From Candidatus Latescibacterota bacterium (lineage in GTDB: Bacteria > Latescibacterota > UBA2968 > UBA8231), in NCBI GenBank assembly GCA_965243025.1, contig CBDETY010000003.1, positions 1,824,001 through 1,888,000 on the forward strand: a DNA stretch of 64,000 bases, read 5' to 3'. The stretch's first letter is position 1. Each line of letters opens with the position of its first letter. This document shows positions 29,228-39,386 of the stretch, piece after piece. The notes beneath the pieces are model-generated. The model did no database searches and was not told the DNA's origin. It saw only the letters and a program-made list of their open reading frames with translations. The position numbers were made by a program, and so were the translations under genes.

Positions 29228-31491
29228 TTCCTGCCCCTCCCTTCCGCCATGGACAGGCCATGGGAACGCATCACCTCGAACGCCGCGGCCCTGGAGGCGC
29301 TCCGTGTCCGTGTCGCCGTCGGTATGCGCCGGCTCCAACTGATGGAGAGGTAGCGTCTGGCCCGGGTGATGCCTACGTAGAGCAGTCGAAGACGTTCGGC
29401 GATAAGCTCGACGTGGCTGTCCCGGGTCGCCTCCGCCCCGGCGGCGGATCCTCCGATCCCTTTCCCGGGGCCGGAGAGCGCCCGTTCCAGCGCCGCGGCG
29501 GCCATCTCGGCCGGGTCGCCGCCCAGGAAATCGTAATCGCCGCGGAACCTTTCCTCGAGGCGGCTGTGAAAGAAATCGCCGTCAACCCCGACCAGATAGA
29601 CGAGGTCCCACTCCAGGCCCTTGGCGCGATGCATCGTCGTCAGGCTGACCCGCCCGGGAGCCGGCTCGAAGCCCCCGTCACCTTCGGCCAGCACTCCGCG
29701 GCCGCTGCTCAGCAGATCCGCGGCCAGCTCCGGCAGGCGCCATTCCGGGTGCTGGTCGCGGCGGCGGCGGAGGTGCGAGGCAAGCTGCTGCGCCCGGGCC
29801 GTGTCCTCCCCGTCGAGAATCCCCTGTGCGACCGTGAGAAGCAGTTGCTCGACCGGCAGGGAGGAAGCCCTGAGGGAGTGCCCCAGGAATCGGGCGAACC
29901 CCTCGATCACCTCCAGGTCCGCTTCCGGAACGGGACCTACCGGGGGAAGTGAATCGGTGAATGTCTCACCCGGCCGGGGAAACACCAGGGTTTCGGGCCG
30001 GTAGCAGCTGCGCAGCAGGCGCGACACGTTCTCGTCGTCCGCTCCGGTCTGCTTGTCCTCTCCGGAGACAGGCCGCAGGTACGGTGCCGCCGCGGCGCAG
30101 GCGCGCTGGAGGTGGCCGCGGTGGAGGGGAGAAGCGGTGTAGGACAGAACCCATCCGAGGGCATCCCCGATCGAGCGGGATGGTCTGCTCGTCTGCAGGC
30201 GTTCGTCGAACTCGACGCCGAGCCGGGTCAGGTTTTCGCCGACCTCGTACCCGAGGCGGTTCGTCGGCACCAGGATTCCGAGGGTCAGCCCCGGGTTTCT
30301 CGCGGCGAAGCCGGCGGCCTTGCCTGCGACGTCTGCCAGCTCCAGGTCGCGGCTTCCGTACTCGCGGAACAGAACCTCGCTTTCGGCGTCGGCCGGGTTC
30401 CGCTGAGGGTCCCCGGGATCGGTGGGCACAATGAGCTGACGGCGGAAACAGCGGTTCCGCACCTGTTCGACCGGGTGGCGGTCACAGGCCCAGTCGACCA
30501 GGTGGTTGGCGACGTCGATAATGCGCCGGGAGCAGCGCCCCGAAACCGCCATCTCCACCGCGGCGACATCCTCCGCTTCGAGGAATTCCCGCAGGCTGGA
30601 GGGATCGGAGGCCGTAAAGCTGCTCATGATCGCCTGGTTGGGATCCCCGACGCGGACCCAGTTGCCGTGCTTCCGCGAGATCAGCTCGAGGAGCTGCTCC
30701 TGCAGGGGCAGGCTGTCCTGGGCTTCGTCCTCGACGATGACGGGCCAGCGCTCAGCCAGCATGTCCCTGAGATCGGGATGCGTCTCAAGCACCTCGACAG
30801 CGAGGCGGACCATGTCGTTGAAATCGAGCCCACCCATGGTCTCGAGCTGCTGCTGATAATTCCGGTAAACGAAAATCCCGAGCCTGAGAAAGGACTCCAC
30901 CCGCCCCGACGATGCAAGGCCCGAGAGCCCGGCTTCGATTTCCGCAACGCTGCGGCGGCGGTTCTTGGCCTCGGAAACCACCCGGCGCGCAACCGAGGTG
31001 GCTATGTCCAGCCAGGTTCTCTCCCAATCTGCCGGTTCCCGGTCTGCCGGGGCGAGCCGCCGCCACTCCTCGCGGTGGGCGGCGTTCCATCTCCGCACCG
31101 CCCTTTCCAGCAGGTCGGACCCGGCGCGCTCGTCCACGACCTGGAAATCCGCGGTGGTCCCGGCCTGTCCCGGGTGCGATTTCAGGATCCCGTAGGAGAG
31201 GCTGTGGAGTGTGCGAACGTCGAAGGCCCTCCCGGACGGGGAGTGCCCGAGCTGTTCGCGGATGCGGACCGTCAGGGTGTCGGCCGCGGCGGTCTGGTAG
31301 GTCACAACGAGCACGCGGCCACCGGGGGGGACGAGTTGGGCGGTGGCGCCCCCCCGGTGATTCAACAGGTGTGCGGTCAGGGCGGCGACGGCAGCGGTCT
31401 TGCCGCTTCCAGGGACCGCGGACACGCCCATGCGCCCACCGGCGTACTCGAGGATCTCACGCTGGCCGGGACGGGGCCGGAAGCCGTTCAT
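29224..31491 (-). CDS. UvrD/AddA-like SF1 ATP-dependent helicase
   Basis: AVPGSGKT, TLHSL, DFNDM, DEAQD, VGDPNQAI, SGRCSRRI, TMHRAKGLEWD, ERLRLLYVGITRARR; ATGA overlap with the upstream gene. Confidence 0.88.
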   Translation of the reverse strand: MNGFRPRPGQREILEYAGGRMGVSAVPGSGKTAAVAALTAHLLNHRGGATAQLVPPGGRVLVVTYQTAAADTLTVRIREQLGHSPSGRAFDVRTLHSLSYGILKSHPGQAGTTADFQVVDERAGSDLLERAVRRWNAAHREEWRRLAPADREPADWERTWLDIATSVARRVVSEAKNRRRSVAEIEAGLSGLASSGRVESFLRLGIFVYRNYQQQLETMGGLDFNDMVRLAVEVLETHPDLRDMLAERWPVIVEDEAQDSLPLQEQLLELISRKHGNWVRVGDPNQAIMSSFTASDPSSLREFLEAEDVAAVEMAVSGRCSRRIIDVANHLVDWACDRHPVEQVRNRCFRRQLIVPTDPGDPQRNPADAESEVLFREYGSRDLELADVAGKAAGFAARNPGLTLGILVPTNRLGYEVGENLTRLGVEFDERLQTSRPSRSIGDALGWVLSYTASPLHRGHLQRACAAAAPYLRPVSGEDKQTGADDENVSRLLRSCYRPETLVFPRPGETFTDSLPPVGPVPEADLEVIEGFARFLGHSLRASSLPVEQLLLTVAQGILDGEDTARAQQLASHLRRRRDQHPEWRLPELAADLLSSGRGVLAEGDGGFEPAPGRVSLTTMHRAKGLEWDLVYLVGVDGDFFHSRLEERFRGDYDFLGGDPAEMAAAALERALSGPGKGIGGSAAGAEATRDSHVELIAERLRLLYVGITRARRYLSISWSRRIPTATRTRSASRAAAFEVMRSHGLSMAEGRGRK

Positions 31492-33746
31492 TCCTCCCCC
31501 GTCTTCACGGCCTCTCCGTCTTCTTCGGGGAGAGCAGCTTCCAGTGCACGCAGCAGGGGGCTGTCCTGAGGCCCGCCTCCCACCGCCTCGACCTCGCTCG
31601 CGCAGAGGTAAATCCCGTCCAGGCAGCGCCTGCAGAGTCCCCTGACGAGGCGTTGCAGCAGCTGGTTGCGGCGCCCGCGGTCCTCGGCCTCGGTCCAGCG
31701 AGCACCGCGCGTCCATGACCGGGAGAGCACGTGCGGGTTGGTCAGGGGCTGGTGGGGGGGCTCCCACCAGAAGATCGACCCGACGTCGAGCCAGAACTGG
31801 TACCGGGACACCTGCTCGTGCAGCAGGTAGGTGTACACCGGGGCCACCAGCATGACCTTCCCGGAGGAAACGATCTCCTCCACCCCGGTCTGGTACTCGG
31901 CCGAAACGATCCCTTCGGACAGCATGTCGAGGTAGCGCCTGCCCTCCGGTCTGTCGTCGAGCCCCATCGACGGAACGGCCTGCCGGAACCAGGTGGCGGA
32001 GTTGATGAGTCGGGCGTACAGAGCTCCCTCTTCTGCCTTCATCGAGTCCCTCGCCAGCACCTCACCGAACAGCTTGCGGAAGAAGTGGTCGATGCTGCCC
32101 GAGTCCGGATCGCCGTTGGCCAGCAGCCAGAGCCGCACCCTCTCCCAGTGCTCGATCCGGTTTTCTCCGATACGGCGGACGATCTCCTCGGCAAGGCCCT
32201 CGGCCGACCGCAGCCTGCCTGCCGCCTGGTCGAAGAAATGGCGCGCCGCAAGGGCCGCCCGGACCGGGTCCAGACCGGTAACCATGGCCATGGCCTCGGC
32301 CACGTCGTACGGGTGGGGACGGCACTCCCATTCGGGATGGGCAAGGGCGGCCAGGGTCAGACACGCGCGCACTTCAGGCTCCTCGCGCAGACTCCCGTAA
32401 CGGCGCACGACGACGAACGGAATGCCCCTCTCTGCGAGGGCCTCGGACATCAGGAAGCGCAGCACTCCGTCGGCGTGGGGCGCAATCGCGGCGATGTCGC
32501 CGGGGTTCACCCCCGACTTTACGAGACCGGAAATGCCCTCCACCACTTCCTCGATCATCCGGGAACGGTAGTGGGTGAAAATCCGTCCGGCGACAGCCTC
32601 TCCTGCTTCCGGGGTGGAGAAGCGGGACTCCGCACCGAGCTCGGCGCAGACCGCCTCCCCCAGCTGGAGAATCGCGTCCGGCCGTGGCTGCGGTGGAGGC
32701 CCCATGCACAGGCCGGCGCTGGAGGCCAGCCTGCACGCGCCACCCGGGTCGACCCCCATGAACACCCTGTACCCCCCCTCGTCATCGCACAGCAGGAGGG
32801 AGGAATCACAGTTGGCGAGAAGCCCCTCGATCAGGTCCTGTGCCACCGGCACCGTCTCTTCGAGCTGGTCGACCGCCAGGTGGCGGTAGCGGCCCAGCGG
32901 CTCTGTGTGGGGGCCGAGCCCGGAGCGGACGAAAAAGCGGTCGAACAACTCCACGGCCAGGGAAAAATCGACGAGTCCGTGCTCGAGGCAGTGGGCACGG
33001 AAGCGGTCGATGCACTCCTGGGCCTGCTGGAAATAGACTTGATGGCCAGCCTCCCCTGCCCACGCTTCCTGCAGTCGCTCCCCCACCTCTTCCATTGGAT
33101 AGCCGTTTACCGCGGCCTTGTTGAGATTGTCGAGAAGTTGCGACAGAATCCTTTGGCGCCGCACCGGAAGCCCCTCGAAATACCCCCGGTCGAGCAACGG
33201 CCCGATCAGCTGGGACATCAGGTACTGGGCCGTCTCGAAGGTGAGCATCACCGGGAGCCGCGCCCCGGCCTCCCTGGAGAATCCAGCCGCTGGAGCCAGC
33301 TTCGGCCAGAACAGGCCGACGGTGCGGTTGGCCAGCCCCGAGTAGGTCTGAATCTCCACCGCCCCCCCGGGACCGGCGAGCAGCCCCAGTCGGTTCAGCT
33401 CGCGAAGGCAGCTCCGCCGGCGGCCGCGGTTGCCAACCAGCACCAGCACCGAGTACGGGGAGACCCCGCTTTCGATCAGGTGCCTGACCCGGGCGCAGAC
33501 GACCGCGGCTGTACGCCCCCCGAACGGGGCCGTGACTGCCGCGGTGAAATTGCCTTCGACCGGGCCGCCTGTGGCGCGCTCGAAGTCCTGCGGAAGAAAG
33601 CACCGAATCGGCGTTTCCCGCGCATCCTCCTGCGGGGCGGCCAGCGCTTCCGGCAGCAGGCCTGGCCCGCTGGAGGATTCCGGGGTTTGCCGGGGATCTC
33701 CGTCCGCAACCCGAAGCCCGTTATCGCTATTCGGCCTGCCCTTCAT
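31488..33746 (-). CDS. Degenerate SF1 helicase-like protein (likely ATPase-dead partner subunit)
   Basis: Helicase-like order of segments with eroded motifs (APFGGRT at Walker A, HLAVDQLEE at Walker B, DIAAIAP, C-terminal LVRGLCRRC); start uncertain, may be shorter. Confidence 0.6.
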   Translation of the reverse strand: MKGRPNSDNGLRVADGDPRQTPESSSGPGLLPEALAAPQEDARETPIRCFLPQDFERATGGPVEGNFTAAVTAPFGGRTAAVVCARVRHLIESGVSPYSVLVLVGNRGRRRSCLRELNRLGLLAGPGGAVEIQTYSGLANRTVGLFWPKLAPAAGFSREAGARLPVMLTFETAQYLMSQLIGPLLDRGYFEGLPVRRQRILSQLLDNLNKAAVNGYPMEEVGERLQEAWAGEAGHQVYFQQAQECIDRFRAHCLEHGLVDFSLAVELFDRFFVRSGLGPHTEPLGRYRHLAVDQLEETVPVAQDLIEGLLANCDSSLLLCDDEGGYRVFMGVDPGGACRLASSAGLCMGPPPQPRPDAILQLGEAVCAELGAESRFSTPEAGEAVAGRIFTHYRSRMIEEVVEGISGLVKSGVNPGDIAAIAPHADGVLRFLMSEALAERGIPFVVVRRYGSLREEPEVRACLTLAALAHPEWECRPHPYDVAEAMAMVTGLDPVRAALAARHFFDQAAGRLRSAEGLAEEIVRRIGENRIEHWERVRLWLLANGDPDSGSIDHFFRKLFGEVLARDSMKAEEGALYARLINSATWFRQAVPSMGLDDRPEGRRYLDMLSEGIVSAEYQTGVEEIVSSGKVMLVAPVYTYLLHEQVSRYQFWLDVGSIFWWEPPHQPLTNPHVLSRSWTRGARWTEAEDRGRRNQLLQRLVRGLCRRCLDGIYLCASEVEAVGGGPQDSPLLRALEAALPEEDGEAVKTGEE

Positions 33747-33950
33747 TCCTGGTGTCAGATTTCCTGCGCCTGCATCTGGACTCGGGTTTTCAGGAACCTC
33801 GTGCGGGAACCGGGCCTCCAGGGCAGCCTTCGTATACCGCTCGCGGCGCACCCCCTGGGGCATCTGGCCTTCCCGAGCCCACGCAGCGGGGATCGGGCTT
33901 GCCGGAAGCCGAAGGGCGCCCCGGGCCCGGTCTGCGGCGGGGATGGTTGG

Positions 33951-35240
33951 CTACTGCAACCCGTCGGCGTTCTCGGCCACCTTGCGGAAGGCGTCTGCGT
34001 ACTGGTCGATGACCCGGGGCTCGTAGCGCTTGAACCAGGGAATCGAATAGCAGCGCCCCTCGATCGATTCCGTAATCGGCAGGCTGCCGGCCGGTTGCCT
34101 GAGGTCCCGTTCACTGTGGGCGATCCGCGTCGGCTTCCCGTGACCGTAGATGTCGGCTTCGTTAAGCACCGGGTGGAGATGCATCGCCGGCACCCCCGCC
34201 CCGGGCCGGACCTGAAAGCCGCCGGCAGAGATCTCGGCGTTCACGGCTTCGCAGAAGCGGAGAAGCGGCAGCCCCTTCAGTTCATCCGCCCGGTACAGTC
34301 CCCGCGCCGAGTAAAAGCCACCCATGACGCTGCCGCTGTCCCGCGGGGGCAAATGCGGACGCAGCCCCCGAACCCCCTCCAGCCGGTCCCAGAAGTGGTA
34401 CATCGCCTTGCGTATCTCCTCCAGCCGGCCTCGGTATCGGCGCAGCTGAACGCGTCCGACCGCGGACGAGAGCTGGTGGATCCGGTGCTTGCAGCCGCCA
34501 AGGGGATACCCGGCGAACCGGGCAAGCTCCGGATCGGAAAGGGTGCGGGAACGGGCGTAATGGCCAAAGGCCAGGGCGCGGTTGAAGATCTTCTCCTGAG
34601 CGGTGACCAGGAATCCTCCCTCGCCCGAAACCAGGGACTTCCCGGACATGATCGACATCGCCCCGACGTCGCCGATGGTTCCGAGCAGCCTGCCCTTGTA
34701 CTCCCCCCCCTGGGCGTGCGACACGTCCTCGATGACCTTGAGCCCGTGCTTTGCAGCGATCCCCATGATCGCATCCATTTCGCTGGGGTAGCTGCTGAGG
34801 TGAACGGCGACGATTGCCCGCGTGCGTGGGGTGATCCGGTGTTCGATGTCGGCAGGATCGATGGTCAGGGTCTGAGGATCGACCTCGGCGAAGACGACGG
34901 TGGCTCCAAGTGAAAAGACCTGCAGCACCGATCCCCAGTAGGTCAGGCTCTGGCATATCACCTCGTCGCCAACCCCCACCCCGCAGCCGTACAGGGCCCC
35001 CTGGATCGCCGCGGTTCCGGTGTTGTGGCAGAGGACATGGGGGAGGCCGAACCACTCCCCCAGCTCCTTCTCGAACTCCAGGGTGACGTCGAAGTCGGAC
35101 ATGGCGCCGCGGCGGAGGACGTCGAGAACCGCTTCCTCGTCCTCCCCCGTGATGACCGGCCACCGGAACAGGTCGCCGGGGTCTCCGGCAAGGGCGGGTT
35201 CTCCACCGAAAAGAGCGAGGTCGCTACGGCTTGCGCTCAT
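33951..35240 (-). CDS. DegT/DnrJ/EryC1/StrS family aminotransferase
   Basis: LALFGGEP, NTGTAAI, GVGVGDEVI, IEDVSHAQG, SGKSLVSGEGG. Confidence 0.88.
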   Translation of the reverse strand: MSASRSDLALFGGEPALAGDPGDLFRWPVITGEDEEAVLDVLRRGAMSDFDVTLEFEKELGEWFGLPHVLCHNTGTAAIQGALYGCGVGVGDEVICQSLTYWGSVLQVFSLGATVVFAEVDPQTLTIDPADIEHRITPRTRAIVAVHLSSYPSEMDAIMGIAAKHGLKVIEDVSHAQGGEYKGRLLGTIGDVGAMSIMSGKSLVSGEGGFLVTAQEKIFNRALAFGHYARSRTLSDPELARFAGYPLGGCKHRIHQLSSAVGRVQLRRYRGRLEEIRKAMYHFWDRLEGVRGLRPHLPPRDSGSVMGGFYSARGLYRADELKGLPLLRFCEAVNAEISAGGFQVRPGAGVPAMHLHPVLNEADIYGHGKPTRIAHSERDLRQPAGSLPITESIEGRCYSIPWFKRYEPRVIDQYADAFRKVAENADGLQ

Positions 35241-36236
35241 TCAGGAGCCGGCGGCGAGCCGCTTCTCCAGCTGCCGGTCCGTGGGCATGCGGTCATACTC
35301 CCAGACATGCATGACCACCCCGTCTTCGATCCAGGCAAGGCGCGGCCAGCCGTGGCCCGCGGTGAGCCGCATCCAGTCCGAAGACGAGATCGTCGCTATG
35401 TCGAAGCGGGGCCTCATCTGTCCTACGAACTCCTTGAGCTCGGGCGAGTCCTGGGCGTATTCGTTGAGGCCGATGAGACGCGGAAACCGGCCGGAGGCCG
35501 CCCAGCGGTTGAGCTTGGGCACCGCCTTCTTACAGCGTGAACATTTCGGGTTGAACAGCTCAATGAGATAGCTTCCCGAACCCAGGTCGACGTCGACTCC
35601 CTTGAGCTCCAGTCCCTGCAGGGCCATTCCCGGCTTCAGGTCGGAACCTGCGAGCCGGTCGGCCTGGGGATAGAAGCGCATTCCGGTGACGGCCAGGGCG
35701 ACGAGGGTCCCGACGCCGGCGATAACCGGGGCGCGGGCAAGTCCGGGGCGCGGCCATCGCAGGTTCCCCCGCCACCACCCGAGCAGCAGCAGCCCCAGCA
35801 TCACTGTGTCCTCGGCCGCGGCCTGGCCGGGAGAGCGCTCCGCCAAAGCGCCGAAGCATCCGCAATCGACGTTGGCTCCGGTCCGCCAGGCGTAAAAGGT
35901 CAGCCCCAGGAAAATGGCCATCAGTCCCACCGCCACCGGATAGACAAACCGCTGCTTCCAGTTGAGCAGCAGCGCCAGTCCGACCGCGACCTCGACCGGG
36001 GCCAGGTAGATGGCCAGGGAGCCGAGATTGTGCCAGGCCTGGCGGTCTACGGCGAGCATATCGAGATAGGAGACCACCTCCCAGTAGAAGATGACGGGGT
36101 CCCAGGATTTGGCGGCGCCGGCGGTGAGGAACACCAGTCCCATCGCCAGCCGCGCCAGCCCGGCGAACTTGGAGAGCAGTGAAGCCTCGAGAGGAACCGT
36201 CGTCATTTCACCCCTGCCCTGTAAGCGGGTGGTCAT
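35241..36236 (-). CDS. MauE/DoxX membrane protein fused to a thioredoxin-like domain
   Basis: RLAMGLVFLTAGAAK, EVAVG, DCGCFG; later FNPKCSRC and GWP cis-Pro-like motif. Confidence 0.75.
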   Translation of the reverse strand: MTTRLQGRGEMTTVPLEASLLSKFAGLARLAMGLVFLTAGAAKSWDPVIFYWEVVSYLDMLAVDRQAWHNLGSLAIYLAPVEVAVGLALLLNWKQRFVYPVAVGLMAIFLGLTFYAWRTGANVDCGCFGALAERSPGQAAAEDTVMLGLLLLGWWRGNLRWPRPGLARAPVIAGVGTLVALAVTGMRFYPQADRLAGSDLKPGMALQGLELKGVDVDLGSGSYLIELFNPKCSRCKKAVPKLNRWAASGRFPRLIGLNEYAQDSPELKEFVGQMRPRFDIATISSSDWMRLTAGHGWPRLAWIEDGVVMHVWEYDRMPTDRQLEKRLAAGS

Positions 36237-36714
36237 GGCATTTTCGTTCCCTGAAGGAGACGGGATGAAGGGGGAGAGTCCCGAAGGTCCGGTCCACTCC
36301 TCCACATCCCCAACCTAAAGAAAAAAAGCAGCCCGGACTAAAACCCGGAGAATGGCGCGCATGGAGCGGAGGGCCGCCGTCGCCCGGGGAATCCCGGCGG
36401 CCAGGGCTGTCATTCCCGGCGAGGCAGGCGCAAGCAGGTCTCGGGAAAGAACCCCTTCACTGAGGAAGGTCCCTTGCCCTGGGAAATCGAGGCTGCGAAC
36501 GGGAGCCCTTCTGGAAACACCGGGGTGAAGGATCCCCCGGCGATCCCCAACCTCGCCCCGGCGGCAAACCGCGCAGCCCACCGGTCCTGCGGGCCCCGCG
36601 TCCTCGTTCGGGTGGGGTGTTGCCACGGGTCGGAGCTATCCGCTCCTGACAGATCAGGCGGTTGCCGTCGGTGCTGGTGGGTTTCGGGTGGAGCCGCGTA
36701 CCGCGGCGAGGCTG

Positions 36715-37503
36715 TCAGCGGCGGCCGGTCTCTCGCCGGGGTTTGCGGCCGTAGGTGATCGGTTCCCCTGGCAGGTCCCTCGATGCATCCCGGTCCGGCT
36801 CACTGGCGGCTTCCTGGAACTCCCTTCCGGAGACCCTGTCGGCAGCCTCGGATTCGGCCGGGGGTCCGGATTCCCCGGACCGGCGCCCACCCGGCCTGGA
36901 GCCTTCGTCGCCGCGGTTGACCGGAGCAGCGTCGAGTCCGCTCACTTCCCCCACGAACTCCGCCGGTATTTCCCGGGAAAGAATCACTTCGCCCCGGGCG
37001 TAAAACTCGATCCCGCCTTCTTCGAATGCCCGCTTCGCTTCGATTTCGACGACACACGGCTCCCCGGGTTCGTGACTGCGCGCCTCGGCGACCTCCCTGG
37101 TCATGCTCAAATGGAGGTAGGAGCGGTCGACTGGACGAAGTCCTTCCTCAGGCACCTTGCGGCCTGCCTTGACAGTCGTCCCCATGAACAGCTTTTCCGG
37201 CGGGTCGATGGGGTCGTCGTCGATCTCCAGGTAGAAACTGTGGCCATACAGGGCCCGGATGTATTCCTCGACGATCTCGAACCGCTTGGGTTTCGAATCT
37301 TCAACAAGCCTGCGAATATCCTCCTCGCCCACTTCCGCATATCTCTGCTGCACGGCCTCGGTGACCTCTTCGAGGGGAATGTACCCGTATTCGTCCATGT
37401 TGAGTCCGAATTCGTCCGGTCGGTGGCGCAGAATCAGGGACAGCAACTTCGAGATACGGCGCCGATCCACACCCCTCCTGGGTCTCTCTCTTTGCATCTC
37501 CAC
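36715..37503 (-). CDS. kptA: RNA 2'-phosphotransferase Tpt1/KptA family
   Basis: ISKLLSLILRH.P, KRFE, IRALYGHS, GLRP.DRSYLHLS. Confidence 0.85.
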   Translation of the reverse strand: MEMQRERPRRGVDRRRISKLLSLILRHRPDEFGLNMDEYGYIPLEEVTEAVQQRYAEVGEEDIRRLVEDSKPKRFEIVEEYIRALYGHSFYLEIDDDPIDPPEKLFMGTTVKAGRKVPEEGLRPVDRSYLHLSMTREVAEARSHEPGEPCVVEIEAKRAFEEGGIEFYARGEVILSREIPAEFVGEVSGLDAAPVNRGDEGSRPGGRRSGESGPPAESEAADRVSGREFQEAASEPDRDASRDLPGEPITYGRKPRRETGRR

Positions 37504-37531
37504 CTGTTTCCTTAGTGCGTTCGACAGTTAC

Positions 37532-37981
37532 CTATGACCACTGGCCGCGATAGGCATCGATTGCCCGGGCGATCTTCCCGTCGGACAACGCCAGGATCTG
37601 CGCCGCCAGCATGGCCGCATTCCGGGCGTTGTCGATTCCGACAGTGGCCACCGGAATCCCCGGAGGCATCTGCACGATCGAATAGAGCGAATCCAGACCA
37701 TTGAGGGCGCCCGATCCAACGGGGACGCCGATCACGGGAAGCGTGGTATGCGCCGCCAGGACGCCGGGAAGGGCCGCTGCCAATCCCGCCCCTGCGATCA
37801 GCACACGCAGTCCCCTTGCACGAGCCCCGCGGGCGTATTCGGCGGTGCGTTCCGGGTTTCGATGCGCGGAAGAAACCACCATCTCGTACTCGACGCCGAG
37901 TTCGCCCAGAAGGTCGGCCCCTTTCTGCATGGTGGGCTCATCCGATTTGCTCCCCATGACGATACCTACTTCGACAGCCAT
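37532..37981 (-). CDS. purE: N5-CAIR mutase
   Basis: [38 protein letters not shown]. Confidence 0.97.
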   Translation of the reverse strand: MAVEVGIVMGSKSDEPTMQKGADLLGELGVEYEMVVSSAHRNPERTAEYARGARARGLRVLIAGAGLAAALPGVLAAHTTLPVIGVPVGSGALNGLDSLYSIVQMPPGIPVATVGIDNARNAAMLAAQILALSDGKIARAIDAYRGQWS

Positions 37982-38157
37982 TCGCTCCCCTCCCGGGTCC
38001 GATGCCGGTCCGCGGCGCACAGGGGTGTTTGGAACCACCGGAAATGGCCGCGCTTGACCTCACTTGTCCGGGCGCAAATGACAAAAGGGGTCAAATCCCT
38101 GTCAAGGGGGTTCGTTACCCCGGGGGCGGAACCACCGCCCCCTCGAGAAAGGGGATG

Positions 38158-39300
38158 TCAGGCCGTTTTGTTGCGCAGAATGGCCGGGTAGTCGAAATCG
38201 CGATTCGTTTGACTATCCTCTTCGGCGCCCTCGCTCGAAGCCTGTGGAAATCCCCCGAACTCCGGCTGAATTGTCTCCAGGGTGCGTTGCGGCCCCCGGG
38301 GAACCTGCTTCTCTTCGAGGTTGTCGTAACGGCCCGCCCTTTTGTTGAGATAAAAACCGGTTGCAATGACGGTGACACGCATTTCATCCACAAGGTCCTC
38401 ATCGATTACCGTTCCGAAGATGATGTTGGCCTCATGTCCGGCGGATTCCTGGATTATCGAGGCAGCTTCATTAGCCTCGTAGAGAGTGAGGTTCGAGCTG
38501 GAGGTAATGTTGATCAGGGCTCCTCTGGCCCCCTCGATGGAGACGTCCTCGAGCAGGGGACTGCTGATCGCTTTCTTCGCCGCTTCGAGAGAGCGGTTCT
38601 CTCCCTTGTGCGAGCCGACCCCGATCATGGCGTCGCCCCCTTCGGTGATGACCGTCTTCACGTCGTTGAAATCGAGGTTTATCATGCCGGGAATGGTGAT
38701 GAGGTCGGAGATGCCCCGGGTGGCCTGCAACAGCACTTCGTCGGCGCGAAAAAACGCCTCGTCGAGCGAGGTTTCGCGCGAACAGATCGAAAGCAGGCGC
38801 TGGTTCTTTATCACTATCAACGTATCGACGTGCTCCTGCATCTCGGAGATCCCGACCCGCGCATTGCTCATGCGGTGCCTCCCCTCGAACTGGAACGGCT
38901 CCGTGACGATACCCACGGTCAATGCGCCCTGCTCCTTGGCGAGTTCGGCAACTACGGGAGCCGCCCCGGTTCCGGTTCCGCCTCCCATGCCGGCGGTTAT
39001 GAATACGAGATCCGTATCGCTGAGATGTTGGACGACCATGTCGCGGTCCTCTTCGATCGCCTGCCGTCCCGTCTCCGGTTTGGCGCCGGCGCCGAGTCCG
39101 CGAGTGATGGAGTCCCCGATGATGAGGCAGTGGTCGGCTTTCGAGACATCCAGATCCTGGCTGTCGGTGTTGATGGCGACGAATTCCACGCCGTGGACTC
39201 CCGCCTCAACCATGCGGTTGATGGCGTTGCCCCCCGCCCCTCCTACGCCTACCACCTTGATTTTCGCCTTCTGATCGAAATCGATGATCTTGAACGTCAT
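38158..39300 (-). CDS. ftsZ: Cell division protein FtsZ
   Basis: IKVVGVGGAGGNA, GMGGGTGTG, PFQFEG, NLDFNDV, C-terminal DYPAILR; AGGAGG RBS. Confidence 0.98.
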   Translation of the reverse strand: MTFKIIDFDQKAKIKVVGVGGAGGNAINRMVEAGVHGVEFVAINTDSQDLDVSKADHCLIIGDSITRGLGAGAKPETGRQAIEEDRDMVVQHLSDTDLVFITAGMGGGTGTGAAPVVAELAKEQGALTVGIVTEPFQFEGRHRMSNARVGISEMQEHVDTLIVIKNQRLLSICSRETSLDEAFFRADEVLLQATRGISDLITIPGMINLDFNDVKTVITEGGDAMIGVGSHKGENRSLEAAKKAISSPLLEDVSIEGARGALINITSSSNLTLYEANEAASIIQESAGHEANIIFGTVIDEDLVDEMRVTVIATGFYLNKRAGRYDNLEEKQVPRGPQRTLETIQPEFGGFPQASSEGAEEDSQTNRDFDYPAILRNKTA

Positions 39301-39386
39301 TTCATCCTCCTTTGAAGGACTGTGAGGGAGGCTGTCGCTGGCGACTTCCCCCTTCGGTTGATTTTCCATTCTTCGATATTCGCCTT

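Noticed and set aside
31731-34913. 1060-aa + strand ORF, and similar long ORFs such as 1624..3789, 25455..27017 and 47423..49588
   Set aside because: These are antisense shadows of well-supported genes on the opposite strand. They are expected at high GC and have no recognisable motifs.
36455-36480. GAGGAAGGTCC resembling the RNase P RNA GAGGAAAGUCC motif
   Set aside because: It has a mismatch, and no matching 3' conserved segment lies downstream.
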